Positions 28,992 to 38,876 of a stretch of 64,000 bases of DNA are shown piece by piece. The notes under the pieces were generated by a model, which saw nothing but the letters and a program-made list of their open reading frames with translations, had not been told where the DNA came from and did not search any database. Positions within the stretch are counted from its first letter, which is position 1. The number at the start of each line of letters is the position of its first letter. This stretch comes from Candidatus Poribacteria bacterium (GTDB lineage Bacteria; Poribacteria; WGA-4E; WGA-3G), in assembly GCA_963665235.2 (NCBI GenBank), contig CAXXLX010000002.1, forward strand, positions 448,001 through 512,000. The letters run 5' to 3'. The translations under genes and the position numbers were made by a program.

Positions 28992-30209
28992 TTATGCCAT
29001 TTCGTTTGGGGAAAATTTTGCTGCAAAAATTGTCAACCGTAATTCTTCGTCAAACATTTCATAGACAGGCATTTTGCCGCTGAGTGCTTCACTTTCGTTC
29101 AAGATGATACCAACACCTTCGCCGCGCCGTTCCAAAAAATGACGGCGGATAACCTGCTTTTCCACATCATCGTCTAAGCTAATTTCCGAAAGCAATCGCG
29201 CAAGCAGCTCATTACGTGTGGCTTGGCTATACCGTAAATTATCTACCGTCAATGTATTTGCTAATGCCCCTGGGGAATAGAGCTCAAGCCTGTCAGCGAA
29301 TAGAAATAGACGAATTTTCGAGCCTGTTTTTGAATAATCTCTATGCACCACCGCGTTGACGATAGCCTCAAAAACGGCGCGCATACTGTATTGCGGCAGG
29401 TCTATTCTACCAATTTCCTTACGTGCCGAAACTGCGTTATACCTTTCAACGAATTTCAACGTGTGCAAAATCTGCCAATCCAGCGGCCCTCTGAAATCCT
29501 TAGCATCAAGTTGGTAATTGGCATCCATTTCTGTGCCGTTGTAAAAGACCGCGTGAATATAACTGTTGTAGAGATAAGCCTCCGGTCTGTCATGACACAT
29601 CAAAATACCGGCAACAGATGCCCGGTTTTCCTGCCCCTCCTTGACGAGCAAACGTCTTTTCAGCAGTAGATTTTCTATGTCATCCTCACTCGCCGCTTCT
29701 GTGATAAATCGCTGATAGAGGTCTCTCCGCAATGTCTCTTTATCGGTATTCGGCACGAATTGTTCATCGAAAGCGATGATACGGGCCTGTGAACGTTGCT
29801 GAAATAACCTCGCTAACTGTTCAGGAGGCATCTCTCTTTTGCTACTCCCCTGACGAATAAAATAACCGTTTGCTGTTTTGTGAACAAATAGACTTTTCGG
29901 CACCCCTATTTTCAACAGGTTTTTATTGTCGAACCGTAGTTTTTCAGTGTGGATAAGCACCAGGGGCTCAATGCTGTCTTGACATATTTCAACGACTCTC
30001 TTTTCAACGGCATCTAATTCTTGCCGGGCAATACCGACAATTTCACCAGAGTCGTCGACCCCGATGAGGATAACGCCACCGCTTGTGTTGGCAAAAGCTG
30101 CGATTTCGTCAGCGAGACTCTGTCTGTGCGGTATTTCCCTTTTCAATTCAAGCCTTGTGTCTTCACCGAGCGATATTTTTTCTATGAGTTCGGTCAAACT
30201 GTCGGACAT
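28992..30209 (-). CDS. AlbA_2 (Schlafen-like) domain plus HATPase_c_4 domain protein
   Basis: GEDTRLELK...IAAFANTSGGVILIGVDD; EAIVNAVVHRDY, SPGAL, RN and ERRGEG motifs. Confidence 0.9.
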   Translation of the reverse strand: MSDSLTELIEKISLGEDTRLELKREIPHRQSLADEIAAFANTSGGVILIGVDDSGEIVGIARQELDAVEKRVVEICQDSIEPLVLIHTEKLRFDNKNLLKIGVPKSLFVHKTANGYFIRQGSSKREMPPEQLARLFQQRSQARIIAFDEQFVPNTDKETLRRDLYQRFITEAASEDDIENLLLKRRLLVKEGQENRASVAGILMCHDRPEAYLYNSYIHAVFYNGTEMDANYQLDAKDFRGPLDWQILHTLKFVERYNAVSARKEIGRIDLPQYSMRAVFEAIVNAVVHRDYSKTGSKIRLFLFADRLELYSPGALANTLTVDNLRYSQATRNELLARLLSEISLDDDVEKQVIRRHFLERRGEGVGIILNESEALSGKMPVYEMFDEELRLTIFAAKFSPNEMA

Positions 30210-30231
30210 CGCATCTTTTCTCTCTCAGTTG

Positions 30232-32565
30232 CTATACCAGTCCTGCCCGTTTTCGGAAGAACCACTCAAACCCTAATAGCAGAAGAATTAATCCGAAAAT
30301 CAGGGGTACATCCCAAATATCAACATCGGTTATCTGAGACGTGGCACTCTCTACAAGTGAAATTTGGTTCACCAATTGGTCAGCCTCTTCAATCGGGTAG
30401 TATTTACCCCCGCTCATATTTGCAAGCGTTGTGAGGAGCGGCACATTGAGCGCTGCATCACTGAACTCTACATAAGAGGGTTTAACCTCAAAAAGTGCTT
30501 GCTGTTCCTGCAACGTTTCTCCGTTAAGCGTGCCTAATGCAGTGACAGTGTATTCGCCGTAGCGGTTCGGAATAAACCGTGCTGTATAGAGCCCATCTTG
30601 ACCTAGCACCTGCTCAAGTGTAAGTTCTTTCCGTTTACCTGTGTCGTCCACGATAACAGTGCGTAATTTCGCAGCGTTGGTCAACGCAAAGTTTTTATCC
30701 GTTGCCGTAACCTCAATCACGACGGGTTCTTTTAGCGTATAGGCGGTTTTAGCGAGGTTAAGTTTAATTGTATCCTTCGGTGCAGTTGTAAGCCACTTCG
30801 CGACCTGTCGCCAGAAGCGTCCATGGCTGTCATCTTCATGGGGGAGCCCACGCTGCCACCGCCATGAGCTGACTGGCGTAAATACCATAACCCGTCCTGC
30901 GTTGTAATTATGCGTTGCGACGAGAATGCGATTGCCAAATTGGTTGCTTTCAGTAGGGTGTTCAGCGAGAATTGTCGCTCCTGCCTTGGCACGCTTAACT
31001 TTACTATAAACGCCATTGAAAGTGGGCAGTTTAGCCCAGCGCTGCAAATTCTCGGTCGGTGTCTCTGCTAACGCCATCAATGTCTCTGTTTTGCCTTCTG
31101 CTGTTAATTTTAATTTGTACCCTTCATTTCGCGGTATCTGTGAAGGGAAGAGATGAGTCGGTGCCACGGGAGGGGGCGCGCCTAATTCCAATTCAACCGG
31201 GAGCACTTCAGCGAGCGGGGTATTGAGATATGCCCCGGATACATCAGGATTCCCTAGAGAAAATTGTCCACCTAACATCAAAAATCCGCCGCCGCGCGTC
31301 CGGACGAACTCAGCTGTGTCTTCAAGCTGCGTGCTTGTAAAATCGGTAGCCGGAAGATTGCCGAAAATAATCGCGTCAAAATCGAAAAGCACCTCTCTTG
31401 ACTCCGGATAGAAGTTGAATTCCTGCCCTATGCTGCTTGTTGTGCCACCGTAGCTGCTTATACTCTTTTTATATCGGACAGTTAATATGATATTCGGGTC
31501 GTCTTCTAGGGCACGTCTGATGTCTTTGAATTCCTTGCCCGGATTTCCAATATATAGGATTTTTGAACGATTTGCCGGGGCGACTTTTAAAATAAACGTT
31601 TGTGTATTGTTTTGTGGAATCGCTTCGTCCGGTTCAGGCAGCACGCGCACCTCATATTTCCGTGTGCCCGGCTGCCGCGGCGTAAATTTAAGCGGAACCC
31701 GCGCAGTGTCCATATTAAGTGATACAGTCGTTGTTTTCAGGATTCGACCGTTCTCTATTAATTGGAGTGTGAGCTCCTTTCCCTTGTAGCCAGTGCGCTT
31801 CACCGTGGCGGATATGTCGACAGGAAAATCCTCTTCAGCGGTACGCGGTACATCAAGTTTGATCAGTTCCAGGTCCGGGTTACCCTCTTCCGCGCCGATG
31901 CCAACGGTATGTATAGGCAACTTCCGTTCCCGCACCCGCATCCCCAATTTTGCGATGTCTGTTCCACTCTTATCCGCGCCATCTGTTAAAATAACGGCAC
32001 CGGAAAGCGGTATGCCTTGAAGGTCATCCAACGCCTCATTTAAGGCGTTCGGAATGTTTGTGTTTTCCCCCTCCGCGTTTGCTAACACGGCATGCGGAAT
32101 CCGTTTCGACCCCGTATCAAATCCGAACAATCTGACTTTGAATTGGTTGTCTCTGAGTTTTTCAAGGAGCCCCCCGCCAGCCTCAATGTCTTCACCAAAA
32201 AGCAACCGATTGACCCGTTCCAGCCGCGGAGTACCGTCGATAGAATCGGTAATCTGCATACTCTTAGACCGGTCCACCATTACCAGAAGGTAGGAGTCAT
32301 CAGGATTGTTCTGATAAATCGTCAGGAAAGGTTTGAGTAGGCAGAAGGCGAGGAGACACAGTATAACCGTTCGGAGAACGATGAGAAACCCTCGGAATCC
32401 CCGTCCTGTCCGTCCCCTTGTACTCCGATATGCCCAAATCGTAGCGGCAATAAGTGCGGCCAATAGGACAAGGATAAGAAGCCCCGGTAACGGTATCCCG
32501 AACGCGAAATCCCCCTCCCGAAAAACGTCAATCGGGTGCCTCATGAGTGTTTCAAACATAATCAT
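30232..32565 (-). CDS. Membrane protein with vWA-like, Ig-like and GATase1-like domains
   Basis: N-terminal TMs, DRSKSM/LTDG MIDAS-like motif, GGGFLMLGG, WRW, C-terminal EWFFRKRAGL. Confidence 0.8.
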   Translation of the reverse strand: MIMFETLMRHPIDVFREGDFAFGIPLPGLLILVLLAALIAATIWAYRSTRGRTGRGFRGFLIVLRTVILCLLAFCLLKPFLTIYQNNPDDSYLLVMVDRSKSMQITDSIDGTPRLERVNRLLFGEDIEAGGGLLEKLRDNQFKVRLFGFDTGSKRIPHAVLANAEGENTNIPNALNEALDDLQGIPLSGAVILTDGADKSGTDIAKLGMRVRERKLPIHTVGIGAEEGNPDLELIKLDVPRTAEEDFPVDISATVKRTGYKGKELTLQLIENGRILKTTTVSLNMDTARVPLKFTPRQPGTRKYEVRVLPEPDEAIPQNNTQTFILKVAPANRSKILYIGNPGKEFKDIRRALEDDPNIILTVRYKKSISSYGGTTSSIGQEFNFYPESREVLFDFDAIIFGNLPATDFTSTQLEDTAEFVRTRGGGFLMLGGQFSLGNPDVSGAYLNTPLAEVLPVELELGAPPPVAPTHLFPSQIPRNEGYKLKLTAEGKTETLMALAETPTENLQRWAKLPTFNGVYSKVKRAKAGATILAEHPTESNQFGNRILVATHNYNAGRVMVFTPVSSWRWQRGLPHEDDSHGRFWRQVAKWLTTAPKDTIKLNLAKTAYTLKEPVVIEVTATDKNFALTNAAKLRTVIVDDTGKRKELTLEQVLGQDGLYTARFIPNRYGEYTVTALGTLNGETLQEQQALFEVKPSYVEFSDAALNVPLLTTLANMSGGKYYPIEEADQLVNQISLVESATSQITDVDIWDVPLIFGLILLLLGFEWFFRKRAGLV

Positions 32566-32635
32566 TTCCTCTCTAAATCATCTAATGCCTTGCGGTGCAA
32601 GGTGGTGTGTCTATCTGCTTGTGCTATATATTATT

Positions 32636-32758
32636 CAGGACTTACGCGCCATGCAATGAGTAAGAATAGCAGGCGAAAGTCATTAAAAACCATCAGAAAA
32701 CTGACTATCGACTGCTAATAGCCATGCCCGTGATTTATCACTTGTTCGCGTAAGTCTT
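32636..32758. mobile_element. MITE-like element with AGGACTTACGCG / CGCGTAAGTCTT ends
   Basis: 11/12 inverted match; related ends at 33290 (GTAAGTCCTG) and 36861 (CAGGCCTTACGC). Confidence 0.55.
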
Positions 32759-32764
32759 ATTAAT

Positions 32765-32794
32765 ATTATACACTAGTGCGTTGAGTCAAGTCAA
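32765..32794 (-). promoter_or_regulatory. sigma70-type promoter for the vWA membrane protein
   Basis: Minus strand TTGACT-18-TATAAT. Confidence 0.5.
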
Positions 32795-32842
32795 CGTTTT
32801 TTTTATGGGGTGTATAGTTTTTGCCATGGGAATAGGGGAGGA

Positions 32843-33255
32843 ATTGTTACGCATCTTAAAATCCGCGAAATCTGTGTCCTCCGCGATAATCCGCGATTTG
32901 CGGCGTACTCGCCCAAATGCGACGTGCATTCAGACAAAAACGCACAACTCTCTCAAACACCCCCTTTTCTCAAATTGACACCCCTGTGATGGCCCTACAC
33001 TATGTTTATAGACTGGGTTTCTGTCCGCCTCAAAAAAATTCAAGGATTGTTTCATAGACCGGGCCGTGGGCGCAAACCCGCGTTCGCACCCAAATCGCCC
33101 GACAAAACTATAATCACAAACCTTCTATTGTTACGCATCTTAAAATCCGCGAAATCCGATAAATCCGCGATAATCCGAGATTCAGACAACACACACGAAA
33201 TCCCCTCTTCCATCCTTCCCCTCTTCCAACCTTCCATTCTTCCACCCTTCCACCT
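32843..33255. repeat. Mosaic repeats: two AAATCCGCG...ATTCAGACAA modules and CCTTCCA-type octamer runs
   Basis: TTGTTACGCAT(C/T)TTAAAATCCGCGAAATC at about 32844 and 33128; related modules at 5761-5812 and 38538-38588. Confidence 0.75.
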
Positions 33256-33351
33256 AACTTTGGACAATCCTAAAATTGTCCAAAGTTTAGTAAGTCCTGC
33301 TGTGTTAAGCTATCTCTTTTGGAGTTCAGTTTTTACATGGGCGTAGGAAGT

Positions 33352-34335
33352 TTAACCGGGCAATTGGATTCGCTGTCCAGTGTGTGCAGATTCGTGCAAC
33401 GCGTCAATAGCGTGCATATTCCCGAGCGCATCCGAAATTGGTAAACGCAGCGGCGTGCCGTTTGCTACCGCTTCACACAGATTCAATATCTCAGCCGCGT
33501 AAGGGTTCACGCCTGTCACACTGAAGGTTTCCCCATTCACACTGAAGTGAGATTCCCCCTCACCGTTCCCCCATGCAGTCTGGACAAATAGGGTGCCCTT
33601 TGTTCCAGCAACTTCGTAACATTCACGCCAGGTCCAGCCGAAGCTACAATCCAATTGTCCAGTGACACCCTCACCAAAATCCAATGTGCCAATCAATGTT
33701 TCCCAGACGTTGTTAATCGGTTCAAATTTGCCAGTTGCCCAGGCGGCTTGAGGTTCCCGGCCGATGAGGTAGCGGATGATGTTAATACAATAACAGCCGA
33801 GGTCCATAACGGCACCGCCGCCGAGGTCGCCCCGGAGTCGCCAGTTCTGTCTATCGGTGAGACCAGTTGAAAAGGATGAACGGACATAGCGGACCTCCCC
33901 GATTGCTCCCTCTTCAACCTTCTGCTTTACTGCCAACGTCAACGGATGGTGTCGATACATAAACGCCTCCATTAATCGGATGTCAGCCCCATCTGTAACC
34001 TGAATCATCTGCTCAAGTTGCAAAGTTGTGACAGCAATCGGTTTTTCAACGAGAATTCCTTTGATACCACACCGGACAGCTTCCAGCACATTCTTAAGAT
34101 GGCTTGAGGGCCACGTTGCAACGACTAGCACATCGGGTTTCTGTTTTTCCAGCATCTGCCGAAGGTCGTTGTAGGTATTTTGCACGTTATATTCAGTGGC
34201 AAAGCGCGAGAGTGCGTCAAATTTCTCGTCACAGGCACCGACAATCTCTATTTCCGGTACTGCGCGCCATGCCCTTCCATGTGCATGTGAAATACCGCCA
34301 CATCCAACGATTGCCACGCGATATTTTTTCGACAT
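33352..34335 (-). CDS. Gfo/Idh/MocA oxidoreductase
   Basis: VGCGGI, VEKPIA, EAFMYRHHP and GGGAVMDLGCY motifs. Confidence 0.92.
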   Translation of the reverse strand: MSKKYRVAIVGCGGISHAHGRAWRAVPEIEIVGACDEKFDALSRFATEYNVQNTYNDLRQMLEKQKPDVLVVATWPSSHLKNVLEAVRCGIKGILVEKPIAVTTLQLEQMIQVTDGADIRLMEAFMYRHHPLTLAVKQKVEEGAIGEVRYVRSSFSTGLTDRQNWRLRGDLGGGAVMDLGCYCINIIRYLIGREPQAAWATGKFEPINNVWETLIGTLDFGEGVTGQLDCSFGWTWRECYEVAGTKGTLFVQTAWGNGEGESHFSVNGETFSVTGVNPYAAEILNLCEAVANGTPLRLPISDALGNMHAIDALHESAHTGQRIQLPG

Positions 34336-34353
34336 AATTTTTCCACCTTAGCG

Positions 34354-35325
34354 TTAGAGCGAAGCGATTTCTACGAGCCTATTCTCTTGAGCAGAGAGGT
34401 TTGCAGCCAGTGATATTGCAAGCGTTTTGACAGCGTCGCTATACGGGCTTAAAATCGGAGATGCATCGCCGCTACGGACTGCGTTCACAAAAACTTCGTC
34501 AATGCTGGGACCGGGTTCTGTTTTATCCACCCATTCGCCATCTTCCTTCACAGAGACTCTCGCGGGATTCCAGTTTAACAACTCACCATCATATAAAATA
34601 TCTAAAACATTGGCATTGTTCCAACCGCCTGCATAAGCCCATGCAGCTGTCATTGAACCGACAACGCCATCACTAAATTGGAGCGTCACACAATTGCTAT
34701 CTGGACAGTCAATCTGTTTTAGAAACCGGTTCGCTTGCATTGCGTAAACAGTCTCTACCTCACCGATGAGATTCCGCATCATATCAATTGTATGTGTGGC
34801 TTGTTCCACCAATTGCCCGCCGGACTTGTTCATCTGTCGGAGCCACCCTTCCGGGTTACCGCGTCCGCTGCCGCACCAATACTTACCGACAACCATGTTA
34901 ATTGTCCTGTCTGCCAAGATGTCTTGTGTTATCCGTGTTGAACCGAGATAGCGGAGTTGATAACCGACACAGGTTATCAGCCCTGCTTTTGTAACGGCTG
35001 CTTCAACCTCACGGGCGATGTCCATATTGATAGCGACCGGTTTCTCAACGAAGAACGGTAAACCGCGTTCGATGACATCTAATTCAGGTTGACCGTGGAC
35101 AAAAACGGGAAGACTCAAATAAATAGCGTCAAGGTCATCCCGTTCCAACATTACGCGATGCTCTGTATATGGGGCTGCGTTGTGTTTTTCCGCTGCATTT
35201 TGTGCCTTTTGCGGAACAATGTCGCACACCGCAACGACGTTCGCACCTTCCATTCCGGATAGCCGGTTCATGTGACCGTTCGCATTGCCACCAGAGCCGA
35301 TAAAACCAATTTTAATTTCTTTCAT
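34354..35325 (-). CDS. Gfo/Idh/MocA oxidoreductase
   Basis: IGSGGNA, VEKPVA and SGGQLVEQATH motifs. Confidence 0.92.
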   Translation of the reverse strand: MKEIKIGFIGSGGNANGHMNRLSGMEGANVVAVCDIVPQKAQNAAEKHNAAPYTEHRVMLERDDLDAIYLSLPVFVHGQPELDVIERGLPFFVEKPVAINMDIAREVEAAVTKAGLITCVGYQLRYLGSTRITQDILADRTINMVVGKYWCGSGRGNPEGWLRQMNKSGGQLVEQATHTIDMMRNLIGEVETVYAMQANRFLKQIDCPDSNCVTLQFSDGVVGSMTAAWAYAGGWNNANVLDILYDGELLNWNPARVSVKEDGEWVDKTEPGPSIDEVFVNAVRSGDASPILSPYSDAVKTLAISLAANLSAQENRLVEIASL

Positions 35326-35354
35326 TACTTTTTTCCTTTCTAAATGTTTGGATA

Positions 35355-35570
35355 CTATAACCTATTTCCAGAATACGGTTTCTGTGCCGGTTTATTCAGT
35401 TTCGCACATGTTTCCAGATAATCTTCTACAGCTTCTTCAAAAGCCTCTCGGAGTTCTGGGACAGTGTCCGCGTGAAACCCGACGATATCGGTGATTCCTG
35501 CAATATGACCGACAAGACATTTATCTTTTTCGCTGTACTCGACACGCGCGCTATACCCTTTGGACTTCAT
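35355..35570 (-). pseudogene. hicB: Truncated HicB antitoxin (71 aa, no DNA-binding domain), preceded by a hicA 3' remnant
   Basis: KGYSARVEY...VGFHADTVPELREAFEEAVEDYLETC...KPYSG then an early stop; upstream frame reads FLEEAGIIP-stop with ATGA overlap. Confidence 0.8.
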
Positions 35571-35625
35571 GGAATTATTCCCGCCTCCTCCAGGAAACGC
35601 TGCGTTGTTCGCTGTCCGACTCGCG

Positions 35626-36840
35626 TTACCGTGCCTTAAAATTAACCTGTAACGCCTTTTCAATATCTTCACGGGGATGAATCCCGAACTGTTCCTCAAA
35701 ATTCCGATCAAAAGCGTCTTCTTCTGCTGCATCCGGTAGCAGCGGCAGTTGAACCGGTTGCCGATTGTTGCGGATAGAACGTTGTGCAGCGATAACCATT
35801 TCTTGGTCGGCTCTGCCCATTTCTCCTGTCCAGAGGGGCGATGTGTCTTCTCGTACCGCTGTTGCGATACCGTCGAGCATTGTTGCAAGTGAAATTCCGC
35901 CTTCGGAGATTTGCATATCTCTATACGGATTGAGCCATTCAACCGTGCCGCCAAGAGATTCGGGGAGTTCCACAAAGATACGTTGCAGCACCTTATTATC
36001 ACGGTATTCCCTCTGAAATTCGTAAGTTTGCGCTCTTCCAGCGTTCTGGCGAATATCTTCATCTGTGCAAACGTTGACCGTTTCGCCACCGGAGGCACCT
36101 TGATTGCCGTTCGTGATAATTGTACCGCGTTCACCACACGTCTCAAAACCGACCAGTTTATTACGTCCGAGGCACCCATTCTTGTTGCCTACCATCGCGA
36201 TACCGAGTCCACCGTTGTCAAAATCAACGGCGTAAAATTCAAGTCTTTCTGAACTAAAATCGCGTTTAGCACGGTCGACGTAAGGCACAACAGACATCAT
36301 GTGTCCGATACTGCTTACGGATGTAGGAGCAGCATTCATCCGACACCTTATTGCTGCAAGTCCATGATACCCGGTTGTGGAAAACAACCGATAGCATTTA
36401 TGCACCTTGCCGATTACACCTTCCTGAATGAGTTTGCAAACAAACTGTTCTACGGGGACAAACGGAAAGTTCTCTGATGTTTGCAGTTGGACACCATTTT
36501 CAGCTGCATCTGCTATCATCATATCCATCAAACCGAGCGTCGGGGCGAGTCCTGTTTCAACGTTATGTGAGATACCGCAACGTGACAGGTAGCAAGAAAC
36601 GATATGATGCAATGGGGCAGGCACAACAACATCGCAAACATCAGGGGCCATTTCGTCAACAAGTTTTCGGACATCGGTATATGCCTTAACACCGACCCTT
36701 GCTGCGCCTGCTTCTGCTGATTCCTGATGGGCATCACACACCGCAACAATTTCAAAGGTCCCCTTTAGCGCGGCAGCGGTTGACAGATGTGCTGAGCCGC
36801 GTCGTCCGTGACCGATTAATGCATATTTTAAACGTGACAT
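35626..36840 (-). CDS. Gfo/Idh/MocA oxidoreductase (divergent)
   Basis: IGHGRRG Rossmann motif, VAVCD; VETG replaces the usual EKP. Confidence 0.8.
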   Translation of the reverse strand: MSRLKYALIGHGRRGSAHLSTAAALKGTFEIVAVCDAHQESAEAGAARVGVKAYTDVRKLVDEMAPDVCDVVVPAPLHHIVSCYLSRCGISHNVETGLAPTLGLMDMMIADAAENGVQLQTSENFPFVPVEQFVCKLIQEGVIGKVHKCYRLFSTTGYHGLAAIRCRMNAAPTSVSSIGHMMSVVPYVDRAKRDFSSERLEFYAVDFDNGGLGIAMVGNKNGCLGRNKLVGFETCGERGTIITNGNQGASGGETVNVCTDEDIRQNAGRAQTYEFQREYRDNKVLQRIFVELPESLGGTVEWLNPYRDMQISEGGISLATMLDGIATAVREDTSPLWTGEMGRADQEMVIAAQRSIRNNRQPVQLPLLPDAAEEDAFDRNFEEQFGIHPREDIEKALQVNFKAR

Positions 36841-36862
36841 TTTTCCCTCAAAATTAAAGACA

Positions 36863-37090
36863 GGCCTTACGCAAATTTAGGCGATAGTCTCGTAGGGGCG
36901 AGGTTTCCTCGCCCGTTAGTTTTGTTCTAAATCGGATTGAGGCCTTACGCAAATTTAGGCGGTAGTCTCGTAGGGGCGAGGTTTCCTCGCCCGTTAGTTT
37001 TGTTCTAAATCGGATTGAGGCTTTACGCGAATTTAGTCGATAGCCTCGTAGGGGCGAGTTTTCCTCGCCCGTTAGCTTTGCTTCTAAATC
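36863..37090. repeat. 78-bp tandem repeat (3 copies), each with a GTAG-GGGCGAGG-TTT-CCTCGCCC hairpin
   Basis: Units begin at 36863, 36941 and 37019. Confidence 0.92.
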
Positions 37091-37164
37091 CCATTATCAC
37101 ATCGACTTATCAACGGGCTGCGTCTGTCCTGAAAGATAGGAAGTACGCGCCGCGCGCTGGCATA

Positions 37165-38112
37165 CTAGTTCGTGCACTGATAACCGACCTCCTCAAGACT
37201 TACACGAATTCTGTCTATCTCGGTTTCAGAGAGTTGCCGGAGCGGTCGCCGCATCGTCATAGATGGAAACCTACCCATCAACCATCTGGCACACTTCATG
37301 CGTTGATGTGCATCGCTGCTCGGTTCACCGAAGTTATAAACAATCCGCGCTAAGGTATCCACCTGATTACGTGCTTTGCGTGCCCCTATCAAATCGTTGT
37401 TGAGTGCCGCATGTACTACTGCCACCATCAATTCAGGAACAAATCCGGCAAAACCGATGAGCGCACCGTCGCTGCCCTCCAAAAGCGAAGCGAGCAGATA
37501 TTCGTCATGACACGTTAAAATAGGCACATGCGGGGCTGCTTCTTTCAATTGTTCATAATCCCATCGCCAACGTGCCATGTCGCGAGTGCCCATTTTGATA
37601 CAGACAACTTGCGGAATTTTCACCATCTCCAACATCTCTTCAAGGGAATATCCCGCCTTTGTCCATGCGGGATATTGATGTACAATAATCGGTATATCCG
37701 CGCCTTCGGCGACATCTTGAAAATAACCGACTGCGGTTTCAGGTGTACGCCCGAACCGTAACCAGTGGTGCGCGGGCATTAGCAGAATCGCATCTGCTCC
37801 TGCTTCTTTCGCAGCGAGCGCATCGTCAATTGCCGGAAGACTGCCCTCCGCGCTAACGCCTGAAACAACTTTAACCTTATCGCCAACGGCTTCAGCGGTG
37901 ATTCGTGTGACGCGCTGCCGTTCCGATAAACGGAGAGACATGATTTCACCGGTGTGACCGTTACAGACAACCCCTTTTATGCCTTCAACGCTGGCCAATT
38001 CCTGCATATATTGACGCAAACCGGCTTCGTCAATTGATTCATCCGGATGAAACGGACAAAGGGTCGCCGGAAAAACCCCCGCCCACGGATGATGTTCCCA
38101 ATTTAAATTCAT
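37165..38112 (-). CDS. Dihydrodipicolinate synthase-family aldolase/dehydratase
   Basis: GVFPA, NGHTGE, Schiff-base Lys in CIKMG. Confidence 0.88.
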   Translation of the reverse strand: MNLNWEHHPWAGVFPATLCPFHPDESIDEAGLRQYMQELASVEGIKGVVCNGHTGEIMSLRLSERQRVTRITAEAVGDKVKVVSGVSAEGSLPAIDDALAAKEAGADAILLMPAHHWLRFGRTPETAVGYFQDVAEGADIPIIVHQYPAWTKAGYSLEEMLEMVKIPQVVCIKMGTRDMARWRWDYEQLKEAAPHVPILTCHDEYLLASLLEGSDGALIGFAGFVPELMVAVVHAALNNDLIGARKARNQVDTLARIVYNFGEPSSDAHQRMKCARWLMGRFPSMTMRRPLRQLSETEIDRIRVSLEEVGYQCTN

Positions 38113-38174
38113 TTTTTCCCTTATTGTAGCATAAACTTCCAGTTTGTGCCTTTCTTCGTTTCATTTCTAACAAC

Positions 38175-38691
38175 GGGTGTGTAAAGTTTTTGTACAAACA
38201 GTCCGATGTCTTATGTAGGAGTGTGCTTCGCACGCGACTGGCACCCCTCGACCTGTCTGGAATCCCGACATTCATCTTATGTAGAAACCTGCTTCGCACG
38301 CGACCTCCTAACGTAACTTGAGGGGAACAGTCGGCTCTTAGCCCCAGCGGGGCGGTATCTTTATAGAAAACCCAAACAAAACACAAAATAGCCCCAGCGG
38401 GGCGATATGTTTATAGATTTTAGCCAAACCCCGCTTCTTTCTGCCTCCGCCGCGTCCTCTGCACCTTCCTTGATTCAGCAAAAAATGCACAGATGTTAGC
38501 AAAAAACCTCTTTTCCGCGTTCTCTGTGTCCTCTGTGTAATCCGCGATTTGCGGCGTACTCGCCCAAATGCGACGTGCATTCTGACAACACACACGCTAA
38601 ATTCACTCTGCCACTCTTCCATCCTTCCACCCTTCCATGCTTCCACTCCTCCATCCTTCCCTCTATCATAGTACAAAAACTTTACGCACCC
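38175..38691. mobile_element. Second MITE-like shell with mosaic cargo
   Basis: TIRs GGGTGTGTAAAGTTTTTGTAC / GTACAAAAACTTTACGCACCC (20/21 match); no target duplication seen. Confidence 0.7.
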
Positions 38692-38876
38692 TATGTCTTT
38701 TCTTTCTTCTCTTGCCAATTGCCAATCGCCAATTGCCAAAAAAAACAAATAAACACGGAATTCCGTAATAATTTTCAATTTAACGTTATTTTAACTTGAT
38801 TTTCAATGCAAAGTCAAGTATTATTTTAAATAACGAATTTATTCTATCCTCATTTTTTTGGACGGAGGCGGTTCAG

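Noticed and set aside
35571-36179. Long N-terminal extension of HicB (274-aa ORF)
   Set aside because: Alternative frame over the oxidoreductase gene; HicB similarity and the RBS begin at 35570.
36863-37090. Mini-CRISPR
   Set aside because: The whole 78-bp unit is repeated; there are no variable spacers.
38039-38799. ORFs across the intergenic mosaic (also 31-456, 5368-5586, 32781-33346)
   Set aside because: They are translations of repeat modules, lack RBSs and reuse the same peptide snippets at unrelated loci.
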